Shown one piece after another: positions 50,820 through 64,000 of a stretch of 64,000 bases of DNA. Positions within the stretch are counted from its first letter, which is position 1, and each line of letters begins with the position of its first letter. The stretch comes from Octopus bimaculoides. Lineage: Eukaryota. The notes below the pieces were generated by a model that saw nothing but the letters and a program-made list of their open reading frames with translations, had not been told where the DNA came from and made no database searches. The position numbers were made by a program, and so were the translations under genes. The DNA lies in assembly GCF_001194135.2 (NCBI RefSeq), contig NC_069009.1, forward strand, positions 9,605,452-9,669,451. The letters run 5' to 3'.

Positions 50820-51030
50820 AAAATGGCGATTACCTGAGAGAATATATAAAGACGACTGGTTAAAAAAAAAAGGAATAGTCAACACGTGGATATCACACTG
50901 GGTTTTAATAAAATGGTTGCCGGTCTCAGTATGTGAGTTAAGTAGGTCGTCGCCTTTTTCTCTCACTCGTAAGGAGAAAGAGAGTTAAGTGGTTCACTCA
51001 AGGCCGGCACAATTGGTAAGTCGTTATATA
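50820..51030 (-). promoter_or_regulatory. Candidate promoter and non-coding first exon(s) of the CNBP-like gene
   Basis: CpG-enriched zone. TATATAA (51024-51030), TCT-type initiator CTCTTTCT (50975-50982), donor CAG|GTAATC at 50834/50833 immediately followed by a YY1-like CGCCATTTT (50820-50828). Confidence 0.5.
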
Positions 51031-54000
51031 GGACAGAGAGAGAAGGGGGAGAGGAGGAGTGTGTGAATATATACACACAAACGGGGTCGGGGTGTTTATA
51101 CCAAGGACAACAGAGGAAGCTAAGTCAACTCGCACACAATACAGTAAAAATGAAGGATAGGAAAGATATTTCTTATTCGGTGTATGTGTGTATTTTTTCT
51201 GAGGCGGGGGAGGGGTCTCTTGCTACTCTCAGTTTCATCTGCATGTACACAGGATCTTCAGGCAAATTATGACAGCAAGAGAGCGACTCCATCAAAATAA
51301 AATATATTGTTCATCTGTATGCGTGGTTTAAATTTGGCAAATACAAGATGAAAATTTAGGTACTTGCAAACGGAAGTGAAATCTATACGCAAGGACAACT
51401 ACGTGTATATACGGGTGTGTGTGTGTGTGTGTATCTATGCGTGTCTATCTACACACACACGCATGCAAATGCAACGCACGCGCGCTAAAAACCTGGAGAT
51501 AAATCGATAAAATAAGACTCCCAGGAGACAATAGGCACTCACATAGAGTGAAGCAGTAGTAGTAGTATGCTTAAGCCTGACACAGTATATAAGAGCTTAC
51601 TTTCAATTAATCAATATTATATACACTTCCTTTGATAATATGTACAAACAATTTATTAAAACAGATATAAGCTAATAAATTCATTTAAATGGTTTATCTC
51701 ATGTTTTTCGATTCCGGTTGCATGTCGCGGAACCAATTACCCACGTAAGTTGGGGTATTACTGTGTAAACGCTCTGCTTACGTCATACAAAGCGGATGAT
51801 CAACTTGCTGAAAATAACCCAAATCTCATCACACTACCATCGAAAAAAAAAAGGGAAATGAAAAGGCTCTAAGGTCATGACTGGAATGACTAGACCATAA
51901 TAGATCTTGAAGAGAACCGAACAAGTGGAACTGGGGCAGGGAGGTTTGGGTCTCTCTGTAACCACTCAATTCTCGTTCAAACCTCAAATGTAATCTTGCA
52001 CTAATTCTAACTGCAAGATGGTCACGGAAAGAATGTCTTCGATCGTACGTCTATCAACTGGATCAGAATTCATTTGGGACTAAGCAATTGTGGTTTTGAC
52101 ACAAACACAATGTCACGAGTTCGAAACTTGCATCGACTGAGCTCTGCGGCCTATGAAGGAAGAATTCATAGCTATAGACTAAATCAGGGGCTCACCAAAC
52201 TTTTTTCACGGTGGACCAGATAACTGAGAGAATGACGAGCGCGGGTCGCACAACCATTTTGTTCAATACAATACAGTGAATGAATACATTATAAAATAAA
52301 GACAACCAACATTTATTTACTAAAAGGTTATCAAAGATGGCGACGTTAGCAATAAGCTTGTATCCCACCCGGTGCGCACATATCCGAATCTCAAACTAAA
52401 CAGCAAAAAAGGTCAGTGAGGTTTGTGAAACTGGTGCTTAGCTTTTAAGATATAATCAATATTTGCTTTGAAATTGCTGCATCCAACCAAGAGAATTGCT
52501 TTCAAATGTTCATCAGTCCACCNNNNNNNNNNNNNNNNNNNNNNNNNNNNNNNNNNNNNNNNNNNNNNNNNNNNNNNNNNNNNNNNNNNNNNNNNNNNNN
52601 NNNNNNNNNNNNNNNNNNNNNNNNNNNNNNNNNNNNNNNNNNNNNNNNNNNNNNNNNNNNNNNNNNNNNNNNNNNNNNNNNNNNNNNNNNNNNNNNNNNN
52701 NNNNNNNNNNNNNNNNNNNNNNNNNNNNNNNNNNNNNNNNNNNNNNNNNNNNNNNNNNNNNNNNNNNNNNNNNNNNNNNNNNNNNNNNNNNNNNNNNNNN
52801 NNNNNNNNNNNNNNNNNNNNNNNNNNNNNNNNNNNNNNNNNNNNNNNNNNNNNNNNNNNNNNNNNNNNNNNNNNNNNNNNNNNNNNNNNNNNNNNNNNNN
52901 NNNNNNNNNNNNNNNNNNNNNNNNNNNNNNNNNNNNNNNNNNNNNNNNNNNNNNNNNNNNNNNNNNNNNNNNNNNNNNNNNNNNNNNNNNNNNNNNNNNN
53001 NNNNNNNNNNNNNNNAACCCTCAATAAGGCCAAATGAACATAAAAGTGGAACGATGAAACATCGTTTTGAATCTGTTATTTTTATAACAATTCATACAAA
53101 ACTGGAAAAAATTATGCATTTTCCTGAACCTGAAATATTTTTATAACAAAATCATAGCATGCTTATTGAGGAGGCGAAACGTCAACAATGTGTTGAAGTA
53201 GTAAATCAAAAGGATTTTTTAATCCAATCTCTTGTCGCGACATAACTCGATTTTTTTTAGTGGAGATAACCTAATTTTTTAATGGGGGTGAGATAACCTA
53301 AAAAGCACCTCGAAGTTATTTACTTAAATCATGACTCGGATTCGTAGCAACCTTTTTCGAGAAGCAGGCCGAGCCGTACCGGGGGGAAAAAAAATTTTTC
53401 GTTTGGAAGTCTACTTGGCGTAGGATGTGGGAAGTCTTAAATGCCATCAAATAAGGTAGCTACGTGGTCGCTCCACCTGCTAGAAACAGCAGCTAATCTT
53501 GAACCGTCTTGATAAGGGAAACACTGGCAAATGTCCCTGCATGGATGAAAATAACAATGCTCACAAATGGAAATGTATGATAGTAGATGAACTCGATCAC
53601 AGCTGATCTTGAACTGAACACGAATTATCAAAGTACAGACGAATGGATTAAGATAACCAAACGACTGACGAGTTAAATTCGTCCCATATTCTCAGCACTA
53701 ACAAGGGCACGAACCAGCTCAATCCAGTTGACTTTAAATGCAGAGCTAGGAGTAACAGTCCCAATATTACTGATTTGATGAATGTTGGGTAATGACTGCG
53801 CCAGTTACGAGTTGCCTTTTGACAAGGCATAGCAACCGTTCAGCCACCCTGCCAGAAATACGGCGAAGAGGTAGCGGAAGAGCTCAACTGAGCCAATTCT
53901 TACATTGCTGAGCGGAGGAATCTGAGATGATCAATGGTCAGGATCTATAAGTTCCATCAAGAGCGTAACTGCGACACATCCATTGGGGGTGGTGTCCATA

Positions 54001-54149
54001 GTTGTGTAATCAGCTGATGAAAGATTCACAATGACTCAAGCCCCCAATTCAAATTCATATTGACGAAATTGGATGGCGACAGTCATGGGAATCCGCGAAA
54101 GCAGCCTCAACCGAAATGGGGTTTATCTGAAGGATCTCTGAGCTATGTT

Positions 54150-54420
54150 CAGAGACCCTAGTGTCTCTCCTGGTCGAGTCACTTCTCGTCACAGGTCTGG
54201 TATTGTGGACATGCGATTAAAATGTGACAGGAAAATCACAAAAATGGATTCTCCAAACCAAGAATGAGATGGTTAGATAATATCCATGGTCCCAGTCGAT
54301 CACACTTGAGAACCCAGCCGGAAAGTCTGACAGTTGCTTCTCGTAGGACCCTATGGAGGAGGTGCCTGAGGACTACTGCCACAACCCGCCCAGGAATACT
54401 GGTTAGAGAAGTGTGTAAAA
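54150..54420 (+). mobile_element. Decayed RTE-like LINE 3' fragment
   Basis: QVWYCGHAIKM...KPRMRWLDNI. A homologous copy lies on the minus strand at about 60270-60480 (RRPRGRTRWLDNV). Confidence 0.55.
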
Positions 54421-57400
54421 GGCCCCAGGTATAAACCTTGTGGTTCTTGTTTAAACAGGCACTAACTTTCTCGCCTTATCCGCAATTCTGTTATGTAATA
54501 ACGGTTCTAAATTTATGTACAACTTTTGGGAAGGGTTAAGTCGATTACATCGACCTTGGTGTTGAATTGGTTCTTATTTCATCAACCCCCAAAGGATGAA
54601 ATGCAAAATTGACTTCGGCAGATTTGAACTCAAAGACGAACGAAATGCTACTTGGCATTTTGGTCGGCGTTCGATTCTGCCAGTTCGCCGCCTTCATAAT
54701 CATAATAAATAGGAAGCAATCTAACTAGTCCCGAATGGCCTACAGGAAAGTGATGGGGGCATTTTGTCGAGTCTGGAATTAGGGGGAAGTGCCCCATCAA
54801 TTTCCCGTAGGAAAATGGAGGTCCTGACTCAACAAGCGCATGCGCGCATCCAGTCACCCACCCACCCTGTGGGATACTAATTATTGGTACACACACGCTC
54901 TCTCTCTCTCTAGCAGCGATTCTTAACTGGAGTCTATATAAAATTTTGCTGTTAAAATCTATGGGTAATAAATTGGTCATACTTATCCAATTCAAAATGT
55001 TTTAACAATTGTTATACAATTCCTAATATTTCGTTATAAAATTATAATGGGACTATTTTAAACAATGAATGTTTAGGGTCCAGGAGAGTAAAATACGAAT
55101 TAAAGGGATCCATAGGCAAAAAGAAATGAACCGCTGTCTAGAGGGAGAACTTGAAATAACCAGATTTCCCTCCAGTCATAAAAGCATATTGGATAATACA
55201 GTCCAAGATACACTATTGTCCTGAAACAAAGCAGGCTTGATGTTTACAGCTTTAATTACATTGTCAATCCAACACTGAGCTGAGACTACAATAAAATGAC
55301 CACGTAAGATATTATGTATGTGTTGACAGTAAAATTAGGTAATTTCCTATTTGACGTTCGTAGAACCAGTGATCTGAAAAGTTCATTTCAAAACATTTCA
55401 GTGATACATACTATAAACAGTGGGTAAAAAGTGATGGAAAATGTTCGACTTAATTTGAATAGTTTCGCCCGGGCACATGTGAGAATTCTTCAACAATCTA
55501 CAGCGGGCACACCGAGCAATACAAATCGATGGATACAACGAAGGTTATCTACTGATCTCTATTTCGTTGAGATTCACAATAAAACGAAGAGCAGTGGGGC
55601 GTACGAGACATGCTAATCGAGTGGAAATGAGATTGAAACTAAAACAAATTCGATTTTACGAAGGTAATGTACAAATCAAGGGGTATAATTCATGTCATGT
55701 TTTATCCGCCAGGTAGCACCCATGTGCAACCTCGGCTATACAAGGTTCTGTGGTCTTAAATAGATAAAAGAAAGCAACTGAAAATAACGGTTACAGAAAT
55801 AAAGCATAGTTTGTTATACACACGTACATTTAGTGGCATAAACTATACAAGCCGTCACTCGAATAACAATAACATACGCAAAGAAATATGGATGCCAGTT
55901 AAAGAATCGAAAACGAGGTTTAAAAACTAACGTATACATTTATACACATAAACCGATGTAGTCTCTTGTTACTCAGCGTCATTTTGTGTAACATATGGAA
56001 GGTTAAAACCACCACAATCGGCCATTTAAAATTTCGTTCCATGTTGTAGTTTGTTTGACATATAAAGTATCAGTAGAAATAGCAGTCGAACCAAACCTGA
56101 ATTTAAAAAGATAAATACACGTAAATAATGGTGGAGCTGTAGAAACTATAACGATGATCACAATACCCCTCCTCTATTAATAAAGTAGAGAAAATAGAAT
56201 TTGCATAATTCTTCTACGCTATGGTGCAGGCAAATTTAAAAGCAGCTTAATATATTAAACATAGCAAATTGTTAGCCCTCTGATTGTCACAGGCTCCCAC
56301 GACGAGAAATACTGCCTTAGATTAATTAATAGGAACTGATGGATCGGAATTAACATGATGTATTATCAACACCACCATCACTGAGCGAGCTTTAACAGCC
56401 AAAGTACCCTCAAATGACATCTTAAAAAAATTTTTTAATACAAAAATAAATGCAGTCTAGCAGGGCAATGTTGGACTTCATACTGCTTACAAGGATAAAA
56501 ATAGTGTTGCATATATAATTATGCACACATACGACACATATGCGTGCGTATATGTGAATATGGAGGGGGACACAATTCCGATAAGCATTTACCCCACCAT
56601 CCACTCATACATTCCTAATCCAGTGATGACAGACAGAATAGTTCAGTTACCTAGCTAAATTAGCAATTTCCAGGTGAAAATTGAACTCATACCCACGTAG
56701 ATCACACCTACACACAGCAAGTAGCAGTCAATGTCCCCCTCCTCCAACTTATTACTTCTTATACTACCACGCAACCTTTCTCCAACCACTTGTCTCCTCT
56801 TCCTCTTCCTACTACCACTGCATACGTCATAGCAACTTGCCTCAGTTACTCTCCTCCCCTTCCTTCAACCAACACTAACATACTCCTCCCTAACTATTTT
56901 ACACAGGTAATGCCCTCTACTCATGTTCCCCGCTCATAAGTCATCTCTTACCGAGACTCAAAGACACCACTTCCTCTATCCTTCACCCTCGATACCTTTC
57001 TCTCTGTTTACTCCTCGTCCTCCACTCCAACTCCTCAGCAAATGATCAAGAGCCACTACGCAGTAACTAGACCTACTAGAAATAGCTACCAAATACCTCC
57101 CTAATACTATTTGAGTAATGTGGTCGCATCCGGAAAGCCTTTTATCATAAAGTAAATAGGTCGGTTTCACTATGACAACTGTAGGGACACAAACACCATA
57201 CACATTAGAAATAGGCCATAGAAATACAATGTGGGAGGAAGACAGCCTATATTTTATGCTTCAACTACATAAAACGAAATTTAAAAAATCTATTCTCGAG
57301 ACATATTCGTCGTAGGAATTAAGTATTTGGTCCAAGGAGGCTGAATAATATGAGATAGATGTATGACTCGGTTCCATACTTAGCTTGGTTTACTTCACAT

Positions 57401-60400
57401 GAAGATAAAAATAAGAAACTCTTAAATAGAAATGGAAATTATGTATTTAAAGTGAACATCCCAACACAAAATAACTGGTAGTGCTAATCGTCCGACTAGT
57501 CCTAGCAATTTTTAGAGAGGGGATTACGATCCCAGTATTGGACTGGTACCGACCCTTTCGGGATCGATAAAGGCAAAATCGACCATGTTTTTGTTTTTTT
57601 TTGTATTCCAAAATAATCTCAATCCTTCACCTTGTCATAAGTTTTCCCTAAACATCCATGCTTGTTTTAAGACTTAACGGTTTCGTATGTTGAGTAATAA
57701 TAAAGCTTTTAGTAGTTGAAAGAAAAAATTGGGGATGTGTGTCATATACGATGCATGGATGCCAGAGAAATATGTCTTATGTATCACGTGTGATACATAG
57801 GACAGGCAAAGGTTTCAAGACAATGTCCTAACCAGTTAACTCCAGCATAGAGCGAGGCCGATGTGGGAGGCTGTCTGACATCGCCTGTCACGGCTTGGCT
57901 TGGTTTGGTTTGTATTTTTACCGTTAATCATTTGATTCCACTTTTCTGCCCTTGCATGGGTTGGACAGAATTTATTAAGGCAGGTCTATGACCGGTTAAT
58001 AAATTTCCCTATTGTCAAACGTTCTCGTAGAAAAGTGGAAATTAATGATACTGATTATCATTTAACATCCGTTTTCCATGCTGGCATGGATTGGGCGGTT
58101 TGAGCAGAGCTACACCGGTACTACTTGGTTTCTAAGGCTGGACGCCATCCCTAACGCCAACCACATTACAGAGTGTAGTGGGTGCATTTTATGTGTAACC
58201 GGCACAGGGCTCTTGCACGTCAATCCTCTTCACCAGTGGGAGAGGCATTAACACTTCTGCTGAGGATGAGTCTTCTTGAGGCGCCAGATATTTCGGTGCT
58301 AGTGAAATTCATTTACAACTATCAAGTGTACACACATACAGGGTGGACTTCTTTCACTTTCTGTCAGATAAATATCCATTCACAATGCTTTGATCAGCCC
58401 GGGACTAAAGCGAAAGACATTTGAACAAGGTGCTTAGGGCTGAAGGACAGAATCCGTAACCACGTTGCTGGAAAGCAGTTATCACAATCACCTACTACTA
58501 ACATATCAAGGAAAATATTTTGTGGATCCAACTAAATGACGTCACACCGGATCCTCGGTTAATATCTAACCGATCGGCACGCTTTACACGTTTAATCTAG
58601 TTTCATTTTGTAATCTTATCGCTCACGTATTTCAATCTTTGGACTGTGGCCATGCTGGGTGCGTGGCACCACCACGTGGGGGTTTCACCGAATGAACCAG
58701 ATCCCTGTATTTGTCTTTTGCCGAACCGCCAAGTTACGGAGACGCAAACTAACCAACACTGGCTGTCAAGCGTGGTGAGGGACAGACAAAAAAGACACGC
58801 TATATATATATAGTACTGGCACTCCGTCGGTTACGGCGACTAGAGCTCCAGTTAATTTGAAGAAAGGAATAGCCTGCTCGTGAAATTAACGCGCAAGAGA
58901 ATGCGACATGGTTGGCCCTTTGAAATACAAAGTACTACTCATTTGCTGCTACCAGTTCCCGTCTAACAAATCTACTTACATGACTAGTCGGTCCGAGGCT
59001 ATGGTAGAAAACGTACCAAAAGATGATGCACAAATGGGGCTGAACCCAAGATCAGGTAGTCGGAAAATAAGCTAGTCAACCCAATCGCCACACCTGTCGG
59101 GAAAACATCTACTGCAAGGATAAACACTTTCACATTCGTGGGGCCATGTAAACTGAGTACCGCAGATTTCTTTCAGTTACCAGAGAGAGATCAGTAGTGA
59201 CCTATCGGGATTGAGGAGAAAGTAGGTACAATATTAGTCGCCGCCACCACCACCTCACGTCAGTAACTAATTTCTATCGTAGGTAGAAAATCAGATTTGG
59301 AAGGAGGGATCGATCAATCGAATCTACTGCTGTACTTCATTTTATCGAACTTAGCACGATTCGAAACCTCTCTCAGCGAATAGTTATCATTGCAGCAATA
59401 ATGATTCTTGCACAGAAACGAGTCAAACCCTGACGTTAAAGTATGATCAATACCACTGGAAATGGAAACAGAGTCGCCGTTACTCAGCCAGACATCAGTT
59501 TACCGCATCCAACCACCTGTATACACGAGCCAACGAGAGCTTCTACAACTTGCTAGAAATAACTATAGCACCTTCAAATCACACTACTGTCTTAGTGAAG
59601 AACATACTGGACAATGTGATCCCAAATGCACTGCACCAAGGGAAAAGCATGATGGTCATGGTTGAAATGCCTTTCATCCATAGGCTTGCTCGGCCCAACA
59701 ACAGAGAAGCCGAGCTTCACGCATTTAAAAGACTGGCAGCGACCATTAAAAGTTAACATAAGCGAAACAGGCTACGATGCGAAAATAAGTATATTTGTTT
59801 TATCTCCGTAACCCTAATAACGGGTGTCCCACTTGGTTTGTAGTTTGACTTGCTAGAAATAAGACAAATCCCCCTCAAAATCACATTTAGTAGGTTTTCG
59901 AAAAACGCGGACACCCGTGATGCAATCCGAAATAGTAATTGAATAATGGACGAAATGGCCACAAACTGGAACACTTTAATTGACCATGGAACTAAACAGC
60001 ACGTTATGTCACTTGTGTGTATTCAGGCGGCGAGCTGGCAGAATCGCGAGTACGCTGGGCAAAATGCTTTGCGGCATTTCGTTCGACTTCACGTTTAGTT
60101 CAAATTTCGCCATGGTCCACTGAGACTTTCGGGATCAGTAAATTAAATACCAATTAGTGAGCGATATAAACGACTTCGCTCCTCTCCCGAAATTGCTGGC
60201 CCTTGTATCAACAATTGAAACCATTATCTACAGTTAACTATTCTCCCATGCACACACACTACCGTACACAAGTTTCTGTCCACTACTCCTGGAAGAGTCG
60301 TGGGGGGTAGGGTTCTCAGGTATCGCATCCATACCAAACATCTCCAACTGGATTACCAAGTGCGATCAATTGAGAACATAGACATTATCCAACCATCTCG

Positions 60401-62045
60401 TTCTACCCCTAGGTCTCCTGTCGATTAGTTTGTCCGAAGTACCGGACCTGTGGCCTTTCTTAATGCGGAGACCGAGCTACATACCCTGTCAAGTAACATT
60501 ACTCTAGAAATCCTTCAGAATCCCATTTCCGCCGCTTGTATACACTCATTTTTTCCTATTATCTTGCTGTCGTTTATGCAACTACGCTACCCCCACAAGG
60601 CCCATGTACATTTAGTCAGTCGAAAAAACTGCACTTGGGTCGCGGCACTATCACATCAAAAGTGTTGTCCACAATATAAATACTGTGCTCCAGAGGACAA
60701 GGTCGAAACCTGACGTTCAAAACAGAACCACTGCCTTGAAGTGACAAAACTCATTTTAAACTTACTCCAATATCGTCTGTTTGCATGCGTAGATATTACC
60801 AGTATTCCCACCCCACCCCCTGAAAGCTGATCTTCAAACACTGAGCCTTATGAAGGAGATAACAGAAGAGAGATATGTGACTCAAGGCCTGCCGAAAACA
60901 ACTGAAATTCCTAAAACCAAGGTGCCACGTAAAAAGCACCCAGTGAAGTGGTTGGTGTTAGGAAGGGTATCTAACCGTAGAAACGAAGCCAAAGCAGACT
61001 ATGGAACCAGGTGCGGTCCCTGGCCTTGTCAGTTCCTGTCAAGCCGTCCAACCCATGCTAGCATGGAAAACGGACTTTAATGTCTTTTTCAGAGCCGCCA
61101 ATATCTTCCACTAGATGGTCGTTTCCTTTCACAGAGGAAAAAAAAATTTTTTTTTTTAAAGAACAATCTTAACTGAAAAAGGAACGGCACGATCGACTGA
61201 GATCGATCTGAAGAAGTGTATATTTAATCTTAATGCCTGAAATATAACGAGTTTGGAAAATTCACAAAAAAGTGTTCAAATCCTTACTGTATTGCTAGGG
61301 TAGAAAAAGAAGAGTTAGCTGGATGGATCTGTTGGAAATAATAAAGAATTGAAGAGAAAAAGGAGATAAGTGACACCATAATTATTTCAATATTTTATTT
61401 ATACACAAAAGCTGGGGTCTCTGATGAATCGAGATTTGAATCAGACATTTAACTTGTTTGAATACAATGACCTAGAAATTTTGAACATGCTCACGTCATT
61501 CAGTCACCATCCATCTACTTCTATTGTCATTAGCTGCGCTCAAGCAGGGGCACTGCCTTAAGGGTTTAATCCAGTGATCCTCAACCATTTTTTTTTTTTT
61601 TTTTGATGAGCCTCATAGTAATTCAATGTTTAAAAATCCTATAGTATTTTTTTAAATGGTTAAAATATTGTGCAGATAAACATTAACAAAATCTTTTATG
61701 AACNNNNNNNNNNNNNNNNNNNNNNNNNNNNNNNNNNNNNNNNNNNNNNNNNNNNNNNNNNNNNNNNNNNNNNNNNNNNNNNNNNNNNNNNNNNNNNNNN
61801 NNNNNNNNNNNNNNNNNNNNNNNNNNNNNNNNNNNNNNNNNAGGCAGCGGGGGTGGGGTCACATACAGAGGTTTTTATTTCCGTCTACCAAATCCACTCA
61901 CTCAACTTAGGTCGGGCCGGAGCTGTAGAATGCTCTTGTCCAAGTGCCGCATAGTGGGACTGAATCCAAGACTACATGGTTGGGAAGCAAGCTGACCACA
62001 CAATCACGCTTGTACCTATAAAAAAAAAAGCTATCAGCTGCTAGA

Positions 62046-62121
62046 TACCAAAACCCGAGATTGAACTGGAGACCTTTACACCTTCAGTCTAACGAATTGC
62101 TCTCAACTGAGCTATACGTGA
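62046..62121 (-). pseudogene. tRNA-Phe(GAA) pseudogene
   Basis: TAGCTCAGTTG-AGAGC[aattc]GTTAGACTGAAGGTGTAAAGGTCTCCAGTTCAATCTCGGGTTTTGGTA aligns to eukaryotic tRNA-Phe. The 5' acceptor strand no longer pairs, and there is a short insertion after the D arm. Confidence 0.8.
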
Positions 62122-64000
62122 ACTCTACCTCCTTTATTCTATTTTTACCTACATGTACATGCATAGTACACACAAATGCTCGACATCTGTTTATAAACCC
62201 CCACAAAGTCTTTTCATACAAAATTAACTTCCCCCCTACTATTTCTCACACACACACTGATTACAGAACAGATGAAACACTCCCGTTGGATTTTTTTCTT
62301 AAAGTACGAGTGTTGTTCAGACAAATCTACTTGAATTAGGTGTGCCAAGTGGCTGAATATTCCAAACACGTGTACTTTTACAGTAATTCCCAAGTAGAAG
62401 CATCATATACAACCGTGATGCCCAATATTTCAACGGCAGCCATCATATTTAAGTACTGACTAAGCGAAAGTACGTAACAAGATTTGTTGCAGTTTTTACA
62501 TAAAATGGTTTGTCAGTGCCGTAGTTTAATACAAGCCAAACTTCCTTCTTCCCACGCTCACAAATGGAGTTTTCCTTAAAGAGCATTCACGCGCTTTAAA
62601 GAAACACGGCTCTGGGTAGAAACTGAGTCACTCAGATATGGTCGTTCATAGGAGCCAAATCCTATATATATATACGTGTGTGTGTCTTAAAAATATAGGA
62701 AGGCATGTAAATGCTAGGCAAAGTCCTGGTTGTTGAAAAAGACAAGCGGTTTCGAAATTAATATCTTTACCTTATAGAGGAAAAATGGTCATGGAAAAGG
62801 TGATGGTGGGAGGTATAAAACTGAATTTTTTATTATTTTTTTTTAATTAAAACACCATTTTCCCAGAATTTTAAATTCCGGCAACACCGGAATACATATT
62901 TGTAAAGAGAAAAAAAGAACAGAAAACCGTGCTCTTTTGTTTCTCAATGAGATATAGAAACATCCATTTCGAAACTCCAATGAAACAGTCACCTATCTAG
63001 TTCCATCAGGTTGACACCAAAGCCCAAACCACCCACACAACCCCCTGCTTAATAAGGAGATAATCCGATAGACGAACCACCGGCTAAATAAAAAAAAAAA
63101 TCACTGGAACCCGTTCTCCGCCGTGCGGTGCGGCAGCAGCCCTTAAATTTCGAACTAGTATCCTGTTACCACATTCAAATATTACATCTGAGACAACGGT
63201 GATCGTAGACCAAATTGGTTCTCAAAACTGGCAAAATACCAAAACCACCACCACCAAAATAAATTTTAAGAAACTTCTAATTTCGAGATGAGATTAGTCG
63301 ATTCCGAAGTCGGAGGGAGATTAGTGGAAAAAAATTACCGTCACAGTACTTTTACTCAGAACGTAAGGAATCAGAACAAGGGATTTTTTTTTCACACGTT
63401 TAAACTGTTCAATAACCCCCGAACATCCATAATGCTGTTGTACTGAACACAGCAAATTTGTTTTGTCTGTACACATTTAAATCACAACATCCCTGCCCCA
63501 TATGAAACATAAGCTTAGGGGACTCTTTGGAAGGGAGAAAAGGTTCATTGTTTAATGACGATCCTTGGATTTAATAAAGGGCATTGAGGACGGAATTTCA
63601 GTTTCACCTCTCACTTCAAAATGCATGCTTTTTATATTTGACGGTGGAGTAAATATTTGTCAAATAAGAAATCGGAATCAATAGAGCACCCTACTAACAT
63701 ATTCCGTAATTAACCAAGTCTCTTCAGGGCCAGTCATTAGGGAAACGCCTGTCATCAACAAGACAACGACTTGGCCTGGGGCATAACTAGAGCCCACCCA
63801 CCCCCGACTTTGGATGATCATAACTTTCAGAAAAATAAATATTTTTTTAATGAAATTTTCTATGAATATGGGGTTAAATCATGTTGATTCCGAATATACA
63901 GAATTGGGGGGGGGGCGGAAAATTCACCGGAGTATACACTATAATCCGTCTTAACTTATAAGAAAATGGATATTTTTTTAATGAAATTCTCTACAAACAT

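Noticed and set aside
47597-50833. DM2-like (CCTG)n expansion in CNBP intron 1
   Set aside because: No CCTG/CAGG or TCTG tract is present in this intron.
58362-58373. Fourth partial match (TGTCAGATAAAT) to the 3'UTR duplex motif
   Set aside because: Only 12 nt, inside a decayed SINE core and upstream of the gene's promoter. Likely chance.
59462-59974. Cluster of 67-73 aa ORFs with coding-like composition
   Set aside because: No recognisable motif, no splice-site support and stops in all frames. At most an unidentifiable old TE relic.
1-64000. CRISPR arrays, operons, rRNA genes
   Set aside because: Eukaryotic intron-containing DNA. No repeat-spacer array or rRNA-like sequence was seen.

Overview
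AT-rich, repeat-dense eukaryotic genomic window with 10 N-gaps and many (TA)n/(CA)n microsatellites. The SINE, MITE and RTE families look like those of an Octopus-type coleoid cephalopod; this is inferred from recalled repeat families, not from a database search. One host protein-coding gene is supported: a minus-strand CNBP-like CCHC zinc-knuckle gene. Its four coding exons (47463-47595, 36251-36376, 28337-28541, 28121-28235) have GT-AG sites and consistent phases, giving 579 nt and 192 aa with 8 knuckles. A probable promoter and 5'UTR exon lie near 50.8-51.0 kb, and a tandem-PAS 3'UTR may run to about 22.3 kb. Most of the rest is transposon debris: Penelope-like, two Hero-like RLE non-LTR fragments, RTE LINEs, Tc1, mariner, hAT, piggyBac-type and other MITEs, and tRNA-derived SINEs. 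There is also a tRNA-Phe relic. The most interesting signals are post-transcriptional features of the CNBP-like gene: (i) a 17-19 nt motif present three times downstream of the stop codon, where one copy is complementary to the other two (docking/selector-like), with poly(A) signals inside the loops; (ii) an in-frame 57-nt candidate cassette exon and several candidate poison exons in the intron between coding exons 2 and 3. Other signals are degenerate hammerhead ribozymes in Penelope-type elements, an RTE fragment carrying three C2H2 fingers, and two strong CpG-rich hairpins near the promoter. All regulatory interpretations are inference and need RNA data.
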